From NCBI GenBank assembly GCA_965203315.1, contig OZ241857.1, positions 576,001 through 640,000 on the forward strand: DNA of 64,000 bases, given 5' to 3'. The position numbers and the translations under genes are program-made. Position 1 is the first letter of the stretch. Each line of letters starts with the position of its first letter. This DNA comes from Nitrosopumilus sp. (GTDB lineage Archaea; Thermoproteota; Nitrososphaeria; Nitrososphaerales; Nitrosopumilaceae). Of the stretch, positions 41,285-51,012 are shown in pieces. A model generated the notes under the pieces. The model was not told the DNA's origin. It saw only the letters and a program-made list of their open reading frames with translations, and ran no database searches.

Positions 41285-44200
41285 TTAATCCTGTAATATC
41301 AATAAAAGACCGTTCTTGACATGAATGTTTGCTGTGGACTGAGATATGCTAAACGATCCACTAGTAAAATCAAAGTCGTTACTGTATGATGTACAACTTC
41401 CCCCTCTGGCAGAATTTAATGCCGAGATACATGCTGTTGGTTTAGGTGGAAATTTACTTACTAGTAGATCGTTGCCAGGAACAGGTAACCCACTACTACT
41501 CACATATGCATTTACAACAAATTCGACCATATCGCCAGACTCTACAGGGATCTGTACAGTAGTCTTTGCATTTTGCAGTGGGAAAGATAACCCAAGCTTA
41601 TTGATCACATTGAATGTATTACTTAGTGATGTTGATGGTTGTGACTGTGCAGATGTACCATAATACAGTATACCAGTAGAGTATAATTCCATATTTTTCA
41701 AAACGGTTAATTCTAATGCCAATACACCCAAACTGCCCGAATTGATACTATCGTGTATTCTCTGATTGTATGCGCTTTGCTTGGCAAACGTTGAATAATA
41801 GTCTAGGGCACCCCTTTGCTTTTCATTAATCTCATCCCAGTCTCGATATTTAGCACCATCAGGAGGGTCATACATTTGAACAAAAGCTGAAGAACATTTT
41901 AAAGCGCTCATTATACTTCCATACCATCTCCATGTATCTGTTACTTTGCCGACACATACAGGGACCCCAACTTGTGATTTCGTTTTAGTGCTGTATGTGG
42001 ATTCAGATGATCCCGCAAAATCTATGTCAAGTACAGCACTCAGGTATCCATCTGCAGAAGCCATGTAAAATCCTGTTGTTTGTACTTTTGCCAAAGATGT
42101 AGCAGCACCATTATACGACACTACATAATCAGATGACTCTTGCTCTGGTATTATCTTGACACGTAGATTGTTCTCTATCCATTTTGTCGCAAGTTCTATG
42201 TATTCGCCATTTATCTTCATTTTGATGAGGGATGATTTGGGAATTAATGGTATGTACATGGCACTATTGTCGTCATATCTCTTATTCAAGTATGGTATAG
42301 AAGTGTCATCTATGTGTAGATCTGTAACTGTTAATGCCTTTGGAAAGACCAATCTAACAAATGCCTGTGGTATATACACACTGTTCTCTTGCCAATCAAA
42401 TTGTATAGAATTAGAATTGTATCCATCTAAAATAACTCCATTGTTTATATCACCTATCCATATCGCAGAGTTTGGGAATATAGATAATTCTATAGGTGTA
42501 TCATCTCTAGCTGGTAGAAACACTTGATCCTTTCTTAATGATATTGTACCTGAACTATCTGAATGTCCTGTAACCAGTACATGTTTCTCAGAACGTATCT
42601 CGTATGGTGTGTTGGGTGGCAGATCTGTTACAGTTAATATTCTGTCTTGGTCCTCATCAGGTATGTTTAACAACCATATCTTTGCTTCTGTGAGTTGGTC
42701 GTCTCCTAGATGTGACTCGTTCCTATTCATCTCAGAGAATACGTGATCACGAGTCAGATATGTTTGCGTGTTAAACAACGGTACCTGTTCTTTTGTTATC
42801 AAGATGTAGTTAGTGCCTGATGTTGGAAAGTTGACAAACAATTGACTATGCGTAGCATTTGAATTGTACGAGTTACACCAAAAAGTACCATAATTCATGG
42901 CACCGAGATTTATCGAATATGTGGTATACCGACTAGATCTATATGAATACGAGTACGAGTCTTGATTAAAAGTACATCCATCATCATTTGACTGTTCTCC
43001 CAAGATATCATAATGTGCAGCAATTGGTCTGTTTAGGGGATGAGGATTCTGCATCTTGAATATGACATTTGAGACTCCTGTTTCGGTATATCTGCCGTGT
43101 GTAGGAAATGTTCCATACGTGCATCTCGTTTCAACAATTGGCAGATAGTTAGACGGGCAACTCGGAAAAGTAAAAGCAGCACCACTTCCATGTAAACCAC
43201 CACTATAACTATAACCGAATCTATTCCAAAAATAGTTATCGGTCATGGTATAATCATTTAATCTGTTTGACTCGCTGTTTAAGATTTGTACATGTAGTCC
43301 AGGTTCTAAAAATGTATGCAACAGTAAAGTTTGACCCTTTAATGAATCGTCTAGTTGTATCAACACCTTGTCTGAGACTTGACTTTGTGGACATGCTTGG
43401 TTATGAGCTATTAACATTCTTGTTGTAGCAGTGTTTGTATAACTACCATAACCAGATGCTGTTTTTCTTGGAAATATATCATAACAATCTGCATTGTGTG
43501 ATCTCTTTTTACATTTCTTAGAATAGGTTTTATCATTAGGGGTTACATCGGAACAGATCTCTTCTGTTGAACCATCAACTGTATTTTTGAATAAAAGATA
43601 ACCAGGATATCGATCAGTGGCTGGAATATACTCTACTTGCTTCTTTCCAACTAGTTTGTGTATCGTGTGATCTCGTAACAGTTCCGGACCCCAATTATCC
43701 CTATATGATTTGGTAAACGTCTTGTCGGGATTGTATCTAAATTTACTATTGTCCATCGAGATAGTAGCAGTTATCTTTTCTCCTCTGTCACGTACAGCTG
43801 CAATCCAATACGTGTCGTCTTGGACTGTACGATATGAAGATAGATCATACTGATAGCCTGTTCTATCTCTAATGCCTTCATATAGTTTACCTGTGATATC
43901 ATAATTTACGATGCTCATAGATACGCCGAGTCCACCAAGTGTTGACTGTCCTATGTTTATGGGATTGCTGGAATTTCCTTGTGTACTAGTTTGAGTGTTA
44001 TTCCTGTTTGGATCTATATCCATAGATATCGGTATCACGTTTCCAAATGATGTGATTATCTCACCAGATGTTGCGTTGGATGGCCAATATTCATTGATGC
44101 TAGGTACGCGTCTCTCCAGAGTACTGTCATTATCATCTAGTGTACCACCTGACAAATCATCCGATTGAATCTCGCGTACAAGATTTGCTGTATTGTCATA

Positions 44201-44419
44201 AAATCGATACTTTACAATATGTGATGTGTCTTTGCCACGATTCTCTAATGTAACATGTGTACCATTATACACAGCATGAATCTCTTCTTGCTTTTTCTGT
44301 TGATCAATACTTGATGATATTGTTGACGTGGTTGATGTCTCTAGTATGGTGGAGCCGACATATGTTCCCATACCAAGTATAGCTGTGATTATTATTGTGG
44401 CTGCGAGTACTTGATTCAT
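41285..44419 (-). CDS. large pilin-like adhesin (minor pilin N-terminus plus Cys-rich extracellular domains)
   Basis: N-terminal hydrophobic helix, LENRG motif and GEIITSFGNVI typical of archaeal minor pilins. Confidence 0.65.
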   Translation of the reverse strand: MNQVLAATIIITAILGMGTYVGSTILETSTTSTISSSIDQQKKQEEIHAVYNGTHVTLENRGKDTSHIVKYRFYDNTANLVREIQSDDLSGGTLDDNDSTLERRVPSINEYWPSNATSGEIITSFGNVIPISMDIDPNRNNTQTSTQGNSSNPINIGQSTLGGLGVSMSIVNYDITGKLYEGIRDRTGYQYDLSSYRTVQDDTYWIAAVRDRGEKITATISMDNSKFRYNPDKTFTKSYRDNWGPELLRDHTIHKLVGKKQVEYIPATDRYPGYLLFKNTVDGSTEEICSDVTPNDKTYSKKCKKRSHNADCYDIFPRKTASGYGSYTNTATTRMLIAHNQACPQSQVSDKVLIQLDDSLKGQTLLLHTFLEPGLHVQILNSESNRLNDYTMTDNYFWNRFGYSYSGGLHGSGAAFTFPSCPSNYLPIVETRCTYGTFPTHGRYTETGVSNVIFKMQNPHPLNRPIAAHYDILGEQSNDDGCTFNQDSYSYSYRSSRYTTYSINLGAMNYGTFWCNSYNSNATHSQLFVNFPTSGTNYILITKEQVPLFNTQTYLTRDHVFSEMNRNESHLGDDQLTEAKIWLLNIPDEDQDRILTVTDLPPNTPYEIRSEKHVLVTGHSDSSGTISLRKDQVFLPARDDTPIELSIFPNSAIWIGDINNGVILDGYNSNSIQFDWQENSVYIPQAFVRLVFPKALTVTDLHIDDTSIPYLNKRYDDNSAMYIPLIPKSSLIKMKINGEYIELATKWIENNLRVKIIPEQESSDYVVSYNGAATSLAKVQTTGFYMASADGYLSAVLDIDFAGSSESTYSTKTKSQVGVPVCVGKVTDTWRWYGSIMSALKCSSAFVQMYDPPDGAKYRDWDEINEKQRGALDYYSTFAKQSAYNQRIHDSINSGSLGVLALELTVLKNMELYSTGILYYGTSAQSQPSTSLSNTFNVINKLGLSFPLQNAKTTVQIPVESGDMVEFVVNAYVSSSGLPVPGNDLLVSKFPPKPTACISALNSARGGSCTSYSNDFDFTSGSFSISQSTANIHVKNGLLLILQD

Positions 44420-44435
44420 GTATTGTTAGGTGTAT

Positions 44436-44444
44436 TTGTATTAA
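44436..44444 (-). promoter_or_regulatory. extended TATA motif TTAATACAA shared by backbone genes (also 5258, 10288, 19063, 53578)
   Basis: Same 9-mer lies 15-17 nt upstream of the starts at 5240, 10272 and 44419, and upstream of both pilin genes. Confidence 0.6.
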
Positions 44445-44519
44445 GAATTGCAAATCTACGAATTAATAGATTAGATCGACTAAGAAGTTTAGATATATTC
44501 AAGTTGTGAACTGTTAGAT

Positions 44520-45367
44520 ATGGTGAAGAGGCGACAGTTGGAGGCATTTGGGGAGATATTTGGTTCTCTTGAATCTGTAAAACGATTCAAAGATAGGAAC
44601 TACAAATGTCCATTTGATGTTCGCATAGACTCTTGTGACAAGCCTAATCGAACTGTTCACAAATACGGAAACTGCTCCGCACGTATCGGAGATCAAAACA
44701 GATAATATGTCCAAGAAGGTTTTATGAAGGTGACTATCAAATCTTAAAGGATATACGCAACTTTGTTTGGGGAAACAGCACCACAGTAAACATACATGAC
44801 GAAGTGAAACTATCCAAAAGTCTAGGATCTGACAAATTTGATTATGGTAATTTGGACTGGATCATGACAGATTGCGAAGATGCTGATAGATTTATTGGTG
44901 TTGAGATTCAATCTGACTCCACAACCGGTACTGGCTCATTTGCCGATGCAATAGATGATCTATTAAATAACAGGCTGCAAGAAAGTTACACCTTTGGCTT
45001 GAATACAATGGCATCTTTCAAGGGATTTCTGCCTCAATTCATCTTTAAAGGCCAGTTATTTGATGAGTGGAAGATGCCATATGTGGCAGTTATGCAGGAT
45101 GAACTATGGGAAAAGTTTGTCTCAAAGTTTAGAATACAATCACACATGATAGACAAATACACTACAGAAACATTTTTGTTTTTCATATACTCGTTGAAAA
45201 AGTCAAACGATGGATATCACATAATCATGAACAAGGTCATGGCCACTAGATGGGTTGATCTGTTGTTATCATTTGCGGTAGATGGAAAACTATTGATAAA
45301 TTATAACGAAGTCAAAGAGATAATAAAGAGAAAGATCGACAAGTATGAGCCAATCTCAACATTCTAA
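44520..45367 (+). pseudogene. NotI-family restriction endonuclease, frameshifted
   Basis: CPF..C.K...GNCS then 1-nt frameshift at ~44701 into IICPRRF...EVKL...GNLDW...GVEIQS; four-Cys metal site typical of the NotI family. Confidence 0.8.
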
Positions 45368-46411
45368 TCCTGTATCCAAAAATTTTTTAATTCGCTGTTC
45401 AGCGTGTTTCAAATATCTCTTGCTTGTGTCAATTCCTATACCGCGCTTGCCATATTTTAACGCGGATATTATGCTTGTGCCTGTACCAACAAATGGATCA
45501 AGTACTATACCATCTTTAGGACATGTCGATTTTATTGGTATCTCTAACAATGTTGTTGGATAAACTGCACAATGAATATCTTTACGATGTGTGTCTTCGG
45601 GTACTATTGACCATAGATCAGTGGGCATAAAACCCTCTGATTTTTGTTCAATGACATAGTATCCATTCATCTGTAGTTCTCTAGTTCTGCCACTTAGTCG
45701 TTCACTATCTCCATGTGATGTTCTCTGTTGACCACGTATGGTCATTCTGAAGTCAACTGTTTTGCCGTTTGCCATGTTATCTATTGCTTGATCAAGTGCA
45801 CGTAATGCATTCTCTTTCTCACTAGTTGTGAGTTTTGTTGATGTGTTTATCTGCTGTCTGTATCTGACACCACTTGTACCCGTAATTGATACCAAACGAC
45901 CATTACGTCTTTTAGGTTGGCTATTGTGCTTGATCAGTATGCTCTTTCTATCGTAATAGTATTTTGGATTCTTTACAAAATGAAACACATACTCATGCAA
46001 ATCTCGTAGTCTGTCTTTTGCACTCTGAGTCATACGAACCTTGTTCCATATTATGTCGTTACGCAGTATCCATCCTCTATCTTTTAATGCTAGTGCTACT
46101 CTCCAAGGCATTCCCAAGAGATCTTTATTTACATACTTGTCACCAATATTGAGCCAGAATGATCCTCGATCATCTAGAACTCTATAGACTTGATCAAAGA
46201 CGTTCAATAGATTTGAGAGATACTCGTCAAAACTACTCTCAAGACCTATACTGCCTTTAACATCATATTCACGTTGACCCCAATACGGTGGTGATGTTAC
46301 AACACAATTTATCGACTTTGCTGTAAACCCCTTCAATACATCTTCTGCCCTACCATGTAGTAAATCAAACTGATCTACGTTATGCGCTTGATAATATGTG
46401 ATATCCATCAT
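45356..46411 (-). CDS. N4-cytosine DNA methyltransferase convergent with the NotI-like gene
   Basis: TSPPYWG, LRNDIIWNK, HCAVYP, DPFVGTGTS. Confidence 0.92.
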   Translation of the reverse strand: MMDITYYQAHNVDQFDLLHGRAEDVLKGFTAKSINCVVTSPPYWGQREYDVKGSIGLESSFDEYLSNLLNVFDQVYRVLDDRGSFWLNIGDKYVNKDLLGMPWRVALALKDRGWILRNDIIWNKVRMTQSAKDRLRDLHEYVFHFVKNPKYYYDRKSILIKHNSQPKRRNGRLVSITGTSGVRYRQQINTSTKLTTSEKENALRALDQAIDNMANGKTVDFRMTIRGQQRTSHGDSERLSGRTRELQMNGYYVIEQKSEGFMPTDLWSIVPEDTHRKDIHCAVYPTTLLEIPIKSTCPKDGIVLDPFVGTGTSIISALKYGKRGIGIDTSKRYLKHAEQRIKKFLDTGLEC

Positions 46412-46830
46412 CTGTTTTGATCGTTTTTTAGATAAAGAACTCGGTATTAATAATTTTGTGTGAATCTATATAACAAGCGATCGTCTTTATGAATGATCCA
46501 TATAGATTTGATAGTCTGCAAGAGATAATGGTAAATTATGATGGTGGCAGTATCGACTCAAATGAACTCCATACATCTGAAGCAAAATCTTGAATTAATC
46601 TAAATATGGATTCTGACATATCTAGCTCTGATTCTTGTGACGTATCATTTAGAGTACTTATGTTATCGTCAGCCGCAATCGAGGCAGTGAGTGGAACATT
46701 AATGACATTCGTTCATGGTATCTGTCGTAACTGCCACAAGTTACTTGGTTCATGCATAGTTAGACCGGTTTATATTAAGAACAGACATTAGTTAAGAGAA
46801 CCATGTTTTGTTCAAAAAGTGTCATCAGAG

Positions 46831-47331
46831 TTATCTGCGAACATGTTTAAAATCTTTAGGCATGTGGAATCTGGAATTGTACAGTAGAGTTAAAATCTCA
46901 TCAGCCTCGTCAAAGCTTTTAATTCCTTTATCTTCCAACATTATGATCAATCCAATTAATCCTGTATGTTTTATTTTTAATTTTAATGCTGATTTTCGTG
47001 CATCGCCATCATCTAATACACAATAAACACTATTCTCATAACCTCCTAATTTTAGATAGGTCAAGATTACATCTATCTCGCCCTCTTTTAATTTAGATGT
47101 GGTTAATTTGAAATTCATAATCTCTACAAATGAATTTCTTTCTGAATATGTGAGTTTACCTTCTTTAATTAGTTTTTGTACATCTATATTTAATGCCTTG
47201 GCATCCACCTCTTTTTGAACATATTTTGGGATCACTAGTTCATGTCCCAACTTTAAAATATCATCAAAGACATCAGGTCTATTGATAAGATCAAATATTC
47301 CAATCAACACAGACGCGTCTAATATCTTCAT
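46831..47331 (-). CDS. vapC: PIN-domain (DUF3368-like) toxin, copy 1
   Basis: ILDASVLI, GEIDVI, LDDGDARK, HTGLIGL. Confidence 0.85.
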   Translation of the reverse strand: MKILDASVLIGIFDLINRPDVFDDILKLGHELVIPKYVQKEVDAKALNIDVQKLIKEGKLTYSERNSFVEIMNFKLTTSKLKEGEIDVILTYLKLGGYENSVYCVLDDGDARKSALKLKIKHTGLIGLIIMLEDKGIKSFDEADEILTLLYNSRFHMPKDFKHVRR

Positions 47332-47942
47332 AACTCTAGTTTCAGTAATCCTCTATCAAGCATCTTACGTTGCATATCATATACTGTTTCACCTAATAGA
47401 TCTCCTCCTCGTCCACCACTAAGATTTTCTTTTGCAATCATTGAAAATATATGCTCTTCGATATCGGGTTTGAGTTTTTCATATGTTTTAGAACCTTTGG
47501 TCATATCTGGATACTCACAATACATGAAAGATAGCATCTCTGGAATAGTTACGTCATTTAGAGTATCTTTATAGTTGTGAAATACCCATCCCATAGTTGG
47601 ATTAAATGCGTCTTCAAACTCTGGGAAACCGCCCTTCTCTTCTCCAATCATTCTGGCGTACTCTGTGCTATGCTTGGTTAATTGAATAGTATCGTCCTGT
47701 TCGATCAGTAGTTCCATTTGTACTAGACGTTCCAAAGTATCGTTCAAAACTGCACTGTAGGGACCATCATCCTTTATTGTAAAATTACACCACTCTCTTA
47801 TTTCTGGATATGGAGCACCTAGCATGTACATCAAGACTTGAAGTTTCTGTCTACCGTATATTGGCTCGTCATCCACATATACGAGTAAAAGTATGTACTT
47901 TTCGAGTTCGCTGATCTCTAGAGTTGCAGTGTCTATTACCAT
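47328..47942 (-). CDS. putative antitoxin: SocA/Panacea(YwgA)-like wHTH fused to UPF0175-like domain, copy 1
   Basis: GRQKLQVLMY...GPYS; C-terminal LSGGRGGDLLG...LDRGL; ATGA overlap with the PIN gene. Confidence 0.7.
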   Translation of the reverse strand: MVIDTATLEISELEKYILLLVYVDDEPIYGRQKLQVLMYMLGAPYPEIREWCNFTIKDDGPYSAVLNDTLERLVQMELLIEQDDTIQLTKHSTEYARMIGEEKGGFPEFEDAFNPTMGWVFHNYKDTLNDVTIPEMLSFMYCEYPDMTKGSKTYEKLKPDIEEHIFSMIAKENLSGGRGGDLLGETVYDMQRKMLDRGLLKLEL

Positions 47943-48275
47943 GTTATTTCAACGGTATAACGACATAAAAACATTTTGAAATTGTACAGTCATGGTACCA
48001 GTGCTGACCTGAAAGCATTTTGTAGATCTGAAACAAAGTCTTGAATTAATCCAACTAGGGTTCTGCTATGTCTGATTCTGATCCTTGTGACGTATCATTC
48101 AGAGTGTTTGTGTTATCGTTAGCCGCAATCGAGGCAGTGAGTGGAACATTAATGATATTAGTTCATGGTATCTGTCGTAACTGCTACAAGTTACTTGGTT
48201 CATGTATAGCTAGTTGTTTATATTAAGAATAACTAGCCAAGAGAATAGTATTTTGTTCAAAAAATATCATAAGAG

Positions 48276-48776
48276 TTATCTACGAATATGTTTAAAATCC
48301 TTAGGCATGTGGAATTTGGAATTGTACAGTAGGGTTAGAATCTCATCAGCCTCGTCAAAGCTTTTAATTCCCTTGTCTGCCAACATTAGGATCAATCCAA
48401 TTAATCCTGTGTGTTTTATTTTTGCTTTTGATGATACTTTTCGTGCATAGCCATCATCTAGTACACAGTAGACGTTATTTTTGTATCCTCCTAGTTTTGT
48501 ATAGGTCAAGATTACATCTATCTCGCCCTCTTTTAATTTACGCGCTGTTGATTTGAAATGCATAATTTCTATAAATGAATTTCTTTCTGAATATGTGAGT
48601 TTACCTTCTTTAATTAGTTTTTGTACATCTATGTTTGTTGACTTGGCTTCCACTTCTTTTTGAACATATTTTGGGATCACTAGTTCATGTCCTAATTTTA
48701 AAATATCGTCAAAGACATCTGGTCTATTGATAAGATCAAATATTCCAATTAACACAGACGCGTCTAATATCTTCAT
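48276..48776 (-). CDS. vapC: PIN-domain (DUF3368-like) toxin, copy 2
   Basis: Near-identical to copy 1. Confidence 0.85.
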   Translation of the reverse strand: MKILDASVLIGIFDLINRPDVFDDILKLGHELVIPKYVQKEVEAKSTNIDVQKLIKEGKLTYSERNSFIEIMHFKSTARKLKEGEIDVILTYTKLGGYKNNVYCVLDDGYARKVSSKAKIKHTGLIGLILMLADKGIKSFDEADEILTLLYNSKFHMPKDFKHIRR

Positions 48777-49387
48777 AACTCTAGTTTCAGTAATCCTCTG
48801 TCAAGCAACTTGCGTTGCATGTCATATACCGTTTCACCCAATAGATCTCCGCCTCGTCCACCACCAAGATTTTCTTTTGCGATCATTGAAAATATATGCT
48901 CTTCAATATCGGGTTTGAGTTTTTCATATGTTTTAGAACCTTTGGTCATATCTGGATACTCACAATACATGAAAGATAGCATCTCTGGAATAGTTACGTC
49001 ATTTATGATATCTTTGTGGTTCTGAAATACCCATGACATTGCTGGATTAAATACATCTAGAACTTCTGGAAATCCGCCTTTCTCTTCTCCTATCATTCTA
49101 GCGTACTCTATACTATGCTTGGTTAATTGAATAGCATCGTCCTGTTCTACTAGTAGATCCATATGTACTAGACGTTCCAGAGTATCGTTCAAAACTGCAC
49201 TGTAGGGACCATCATCTTTTATTGTAAAATTGCACCACTCTCTTATTTCTGGATATGGATCACCTAGCATATACATCAAGAGTTGTAGTTTCTGCCTACC
49301 GTGTATCGGCTCATCATCCACATATACTAGCAAAAGTATGTACTTTTCTAGCTCGCTGATCTCTAGGGTTGCAGTATCTATTGCCAT
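48773..49387 (-). CDS. putative antitoxin (wHTH + UPF0175-like), copy 2
   Basis: Near-identical to copy 1. Confidence 0.7.
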   Translation of the reverse strand: MAIDTATLEISELEKYILLLVYVDDEPIHGRQKLQLLMYMLGDPYPEIREWCNFTIKDDGPYSAVLNDTLERLVHMDLLVEQDDAIQLTKHSIEYARMIGEEKGGFPEVLDVFNPAMSWVFQNHKDIINDVTIPEMLSFMYCEYPDMTKGSKTYEKLKPDIEEHIFSMIAKENLGGGRGGDLLGETVYDMQRKLLDRGLLKLEL

Positions 49388-49720
49388 GTTATTTCATCTG
49401 TATAACGACATAAAAACATTTTGAAATCGTACAGTCATGGTACCAGTGCTGACCTGAAAGCATTTTGTAGATCTGAAACAAAGTCTTGAATTAATCCAAC
49501 TAGGGTTCTGCTATGTCTGATTCTGATCCTTGTGACGTATCATTTAGAGTGTTTGTGTTATCGTTAGCCGCAATCGAGGCAGTGAGGGGAACATTAATGA
49601 TATTAGTTCATGGTATCTGTCGTAACTGCTACAAGTTACTTGGTTCATGTATAGCTAGTTGTTTATATTAAGAATAACTAGCCAAGAGAATAGTATTTTG
49701 TTCAAAAAATATCATAAGAG

Positions 49721-50354
49721 TTATCTACGAATATGTTTAAAATCCTTAGGCATATGGAATTTTGAATTATACAGTAGGGTTAGAAGCTCATCAGCCTCGT
49801 CAAAGCTTTTAATTCCCTTGTCTGCCAACATTAGTATCAATCCAATTAATCCTGTATGTTTTATTTTTAATTTTGATGCTGACTTTCGTGCATTACCATC
49901 ATCTAATACACAATAGACGTTATTTTTGTGTCCTCCTAGTTTCAGATAGGTCAAGATTACATCTATCTCACCCTCTTTTAATTTTCGCGCATTTGGTTTG
50001 AAATTCATGATCTCTGCTAATGAATTTTTTTCTAAACTGGTGAGTTTGCCTTGTTTGATTAATTCTTGTACATCTATAGTCACGAACGGAATTGTTTTCT
50101 TGTTTACTTTTGCATATGTGAGATCAGAGACGAAATTTACCTCTAGCGGAACGGATAATGCCAAATTGTGATACTATGCACTCGGAAAATTATTATGTTC
50201 ACGACTATATATTTGATGGCTTAGCCTCTAACTCTTTTTGAACATATTTTGGGATCACTAGTTCATGTCCTAATTTTAAAATATCATCAAAGACATCTGG
50301 CCTATTGATAAGATCAAATACGCCAATCAACACAGACGTGTCCAATATCTTCAT
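49721..50354 (-). pseudogene. PIN toxin copy 3, interrupted by a MITE
   Basis: MKILDTSVLIG start present at 50354; removing 50077-50207 plus TA restores colinearity with copies 1 and 2. Confidence 0.85.
50077..50207. mobile_element. 131-bp IS630-type MITE
   Basis: Imperfect TIRs TAGTCACGAACGGAATTGTTTTC / GAAAATTATTATGTTCACGACTA; TA duplication; absent from the paralogous copies. Confidence 0.85.
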
Positions 50355-50965
50355 AACTCTAGTTTCAGTAATCCTCTGTCAAGCAACTTGCGTTGCATAT
50401 CGTATGCAGTTTCGCCCAACAACTCTCCTCCTCGTCCACCACTAATCTTTTCTTTTGCAATTATTGAAAATATGTGTTCTTCAATATCTGGTTTGAGTTT
50501 TTCATATGTTTTAGAACCTTTGGTCATATCCGGATACTCACAATACATGAAGGATAACATCTCTGGAATAGTTACGTCATTTATGATATCTTTATGATTA
50601 TGAAATACCCATCCCATAGTTGGATTAAATGCGTCTTCAAACTCTGGGAATCCACCTTTCTCTTCTCCAATCATTATGGCGTACTCTATGCTATGTTTGG
50701 TTAATTGAATAGTATTGTTTTTTTCGACTAGCATATCCATGTCTACGAGACGCCCCAAAGTATCGTCTAAAGATACACTGTATGGACCATCATCCTTTAT
50801 TGTAAAATCACACCACTCTCTGATCTCTGGATATACATCACCTATCATGTACATCAGGACTTGGAGCTTTTGCCTACCGTATATGGGCTCATCATCCACA
50901 TATACTAGCAAAAGTATGTACTTTTCTAGCTCGCTGATCTCTAGGGTTGCAGTATCTATTGCCAT
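50351..50965 (-). CDS. putative antitoxin (wHTH + UPF0175-like), copy 3
   Basis: Paralog of copies 1 and 2 (KISGGRGGELLG). Confidence 0.7.
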   Translation of the reverse strand: MAIDTATLEISELEKYILLLVYVDDEPIYGRQKLQVLMYMIGDVYPEIREWCDFTIKDDGPYSVSLDDTLGRLVDMDMLVEKNNTIQLTKHSIEYAIMIGEEKGGFPEFEDAFNPTMGWVFHNHKDIINDVTIPEMLSFMYCEYPDMTKGSKTYEKLKPDIEEHIFSIIAKEKISGGRGGELLGETAYDMQRKLLDRGLLKLEL

Positions 50966-51012
50966 GTTATTTCATCTGTATAAAGACATAAAAACATTCT
51001 GAAATCACACAG

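Noticed and set aside
49721-50164. 147-aa ORF as a novel PIN variant
   Set aside because: Its N-terminus is read from the MITE and it lacks the first catalytic Asp
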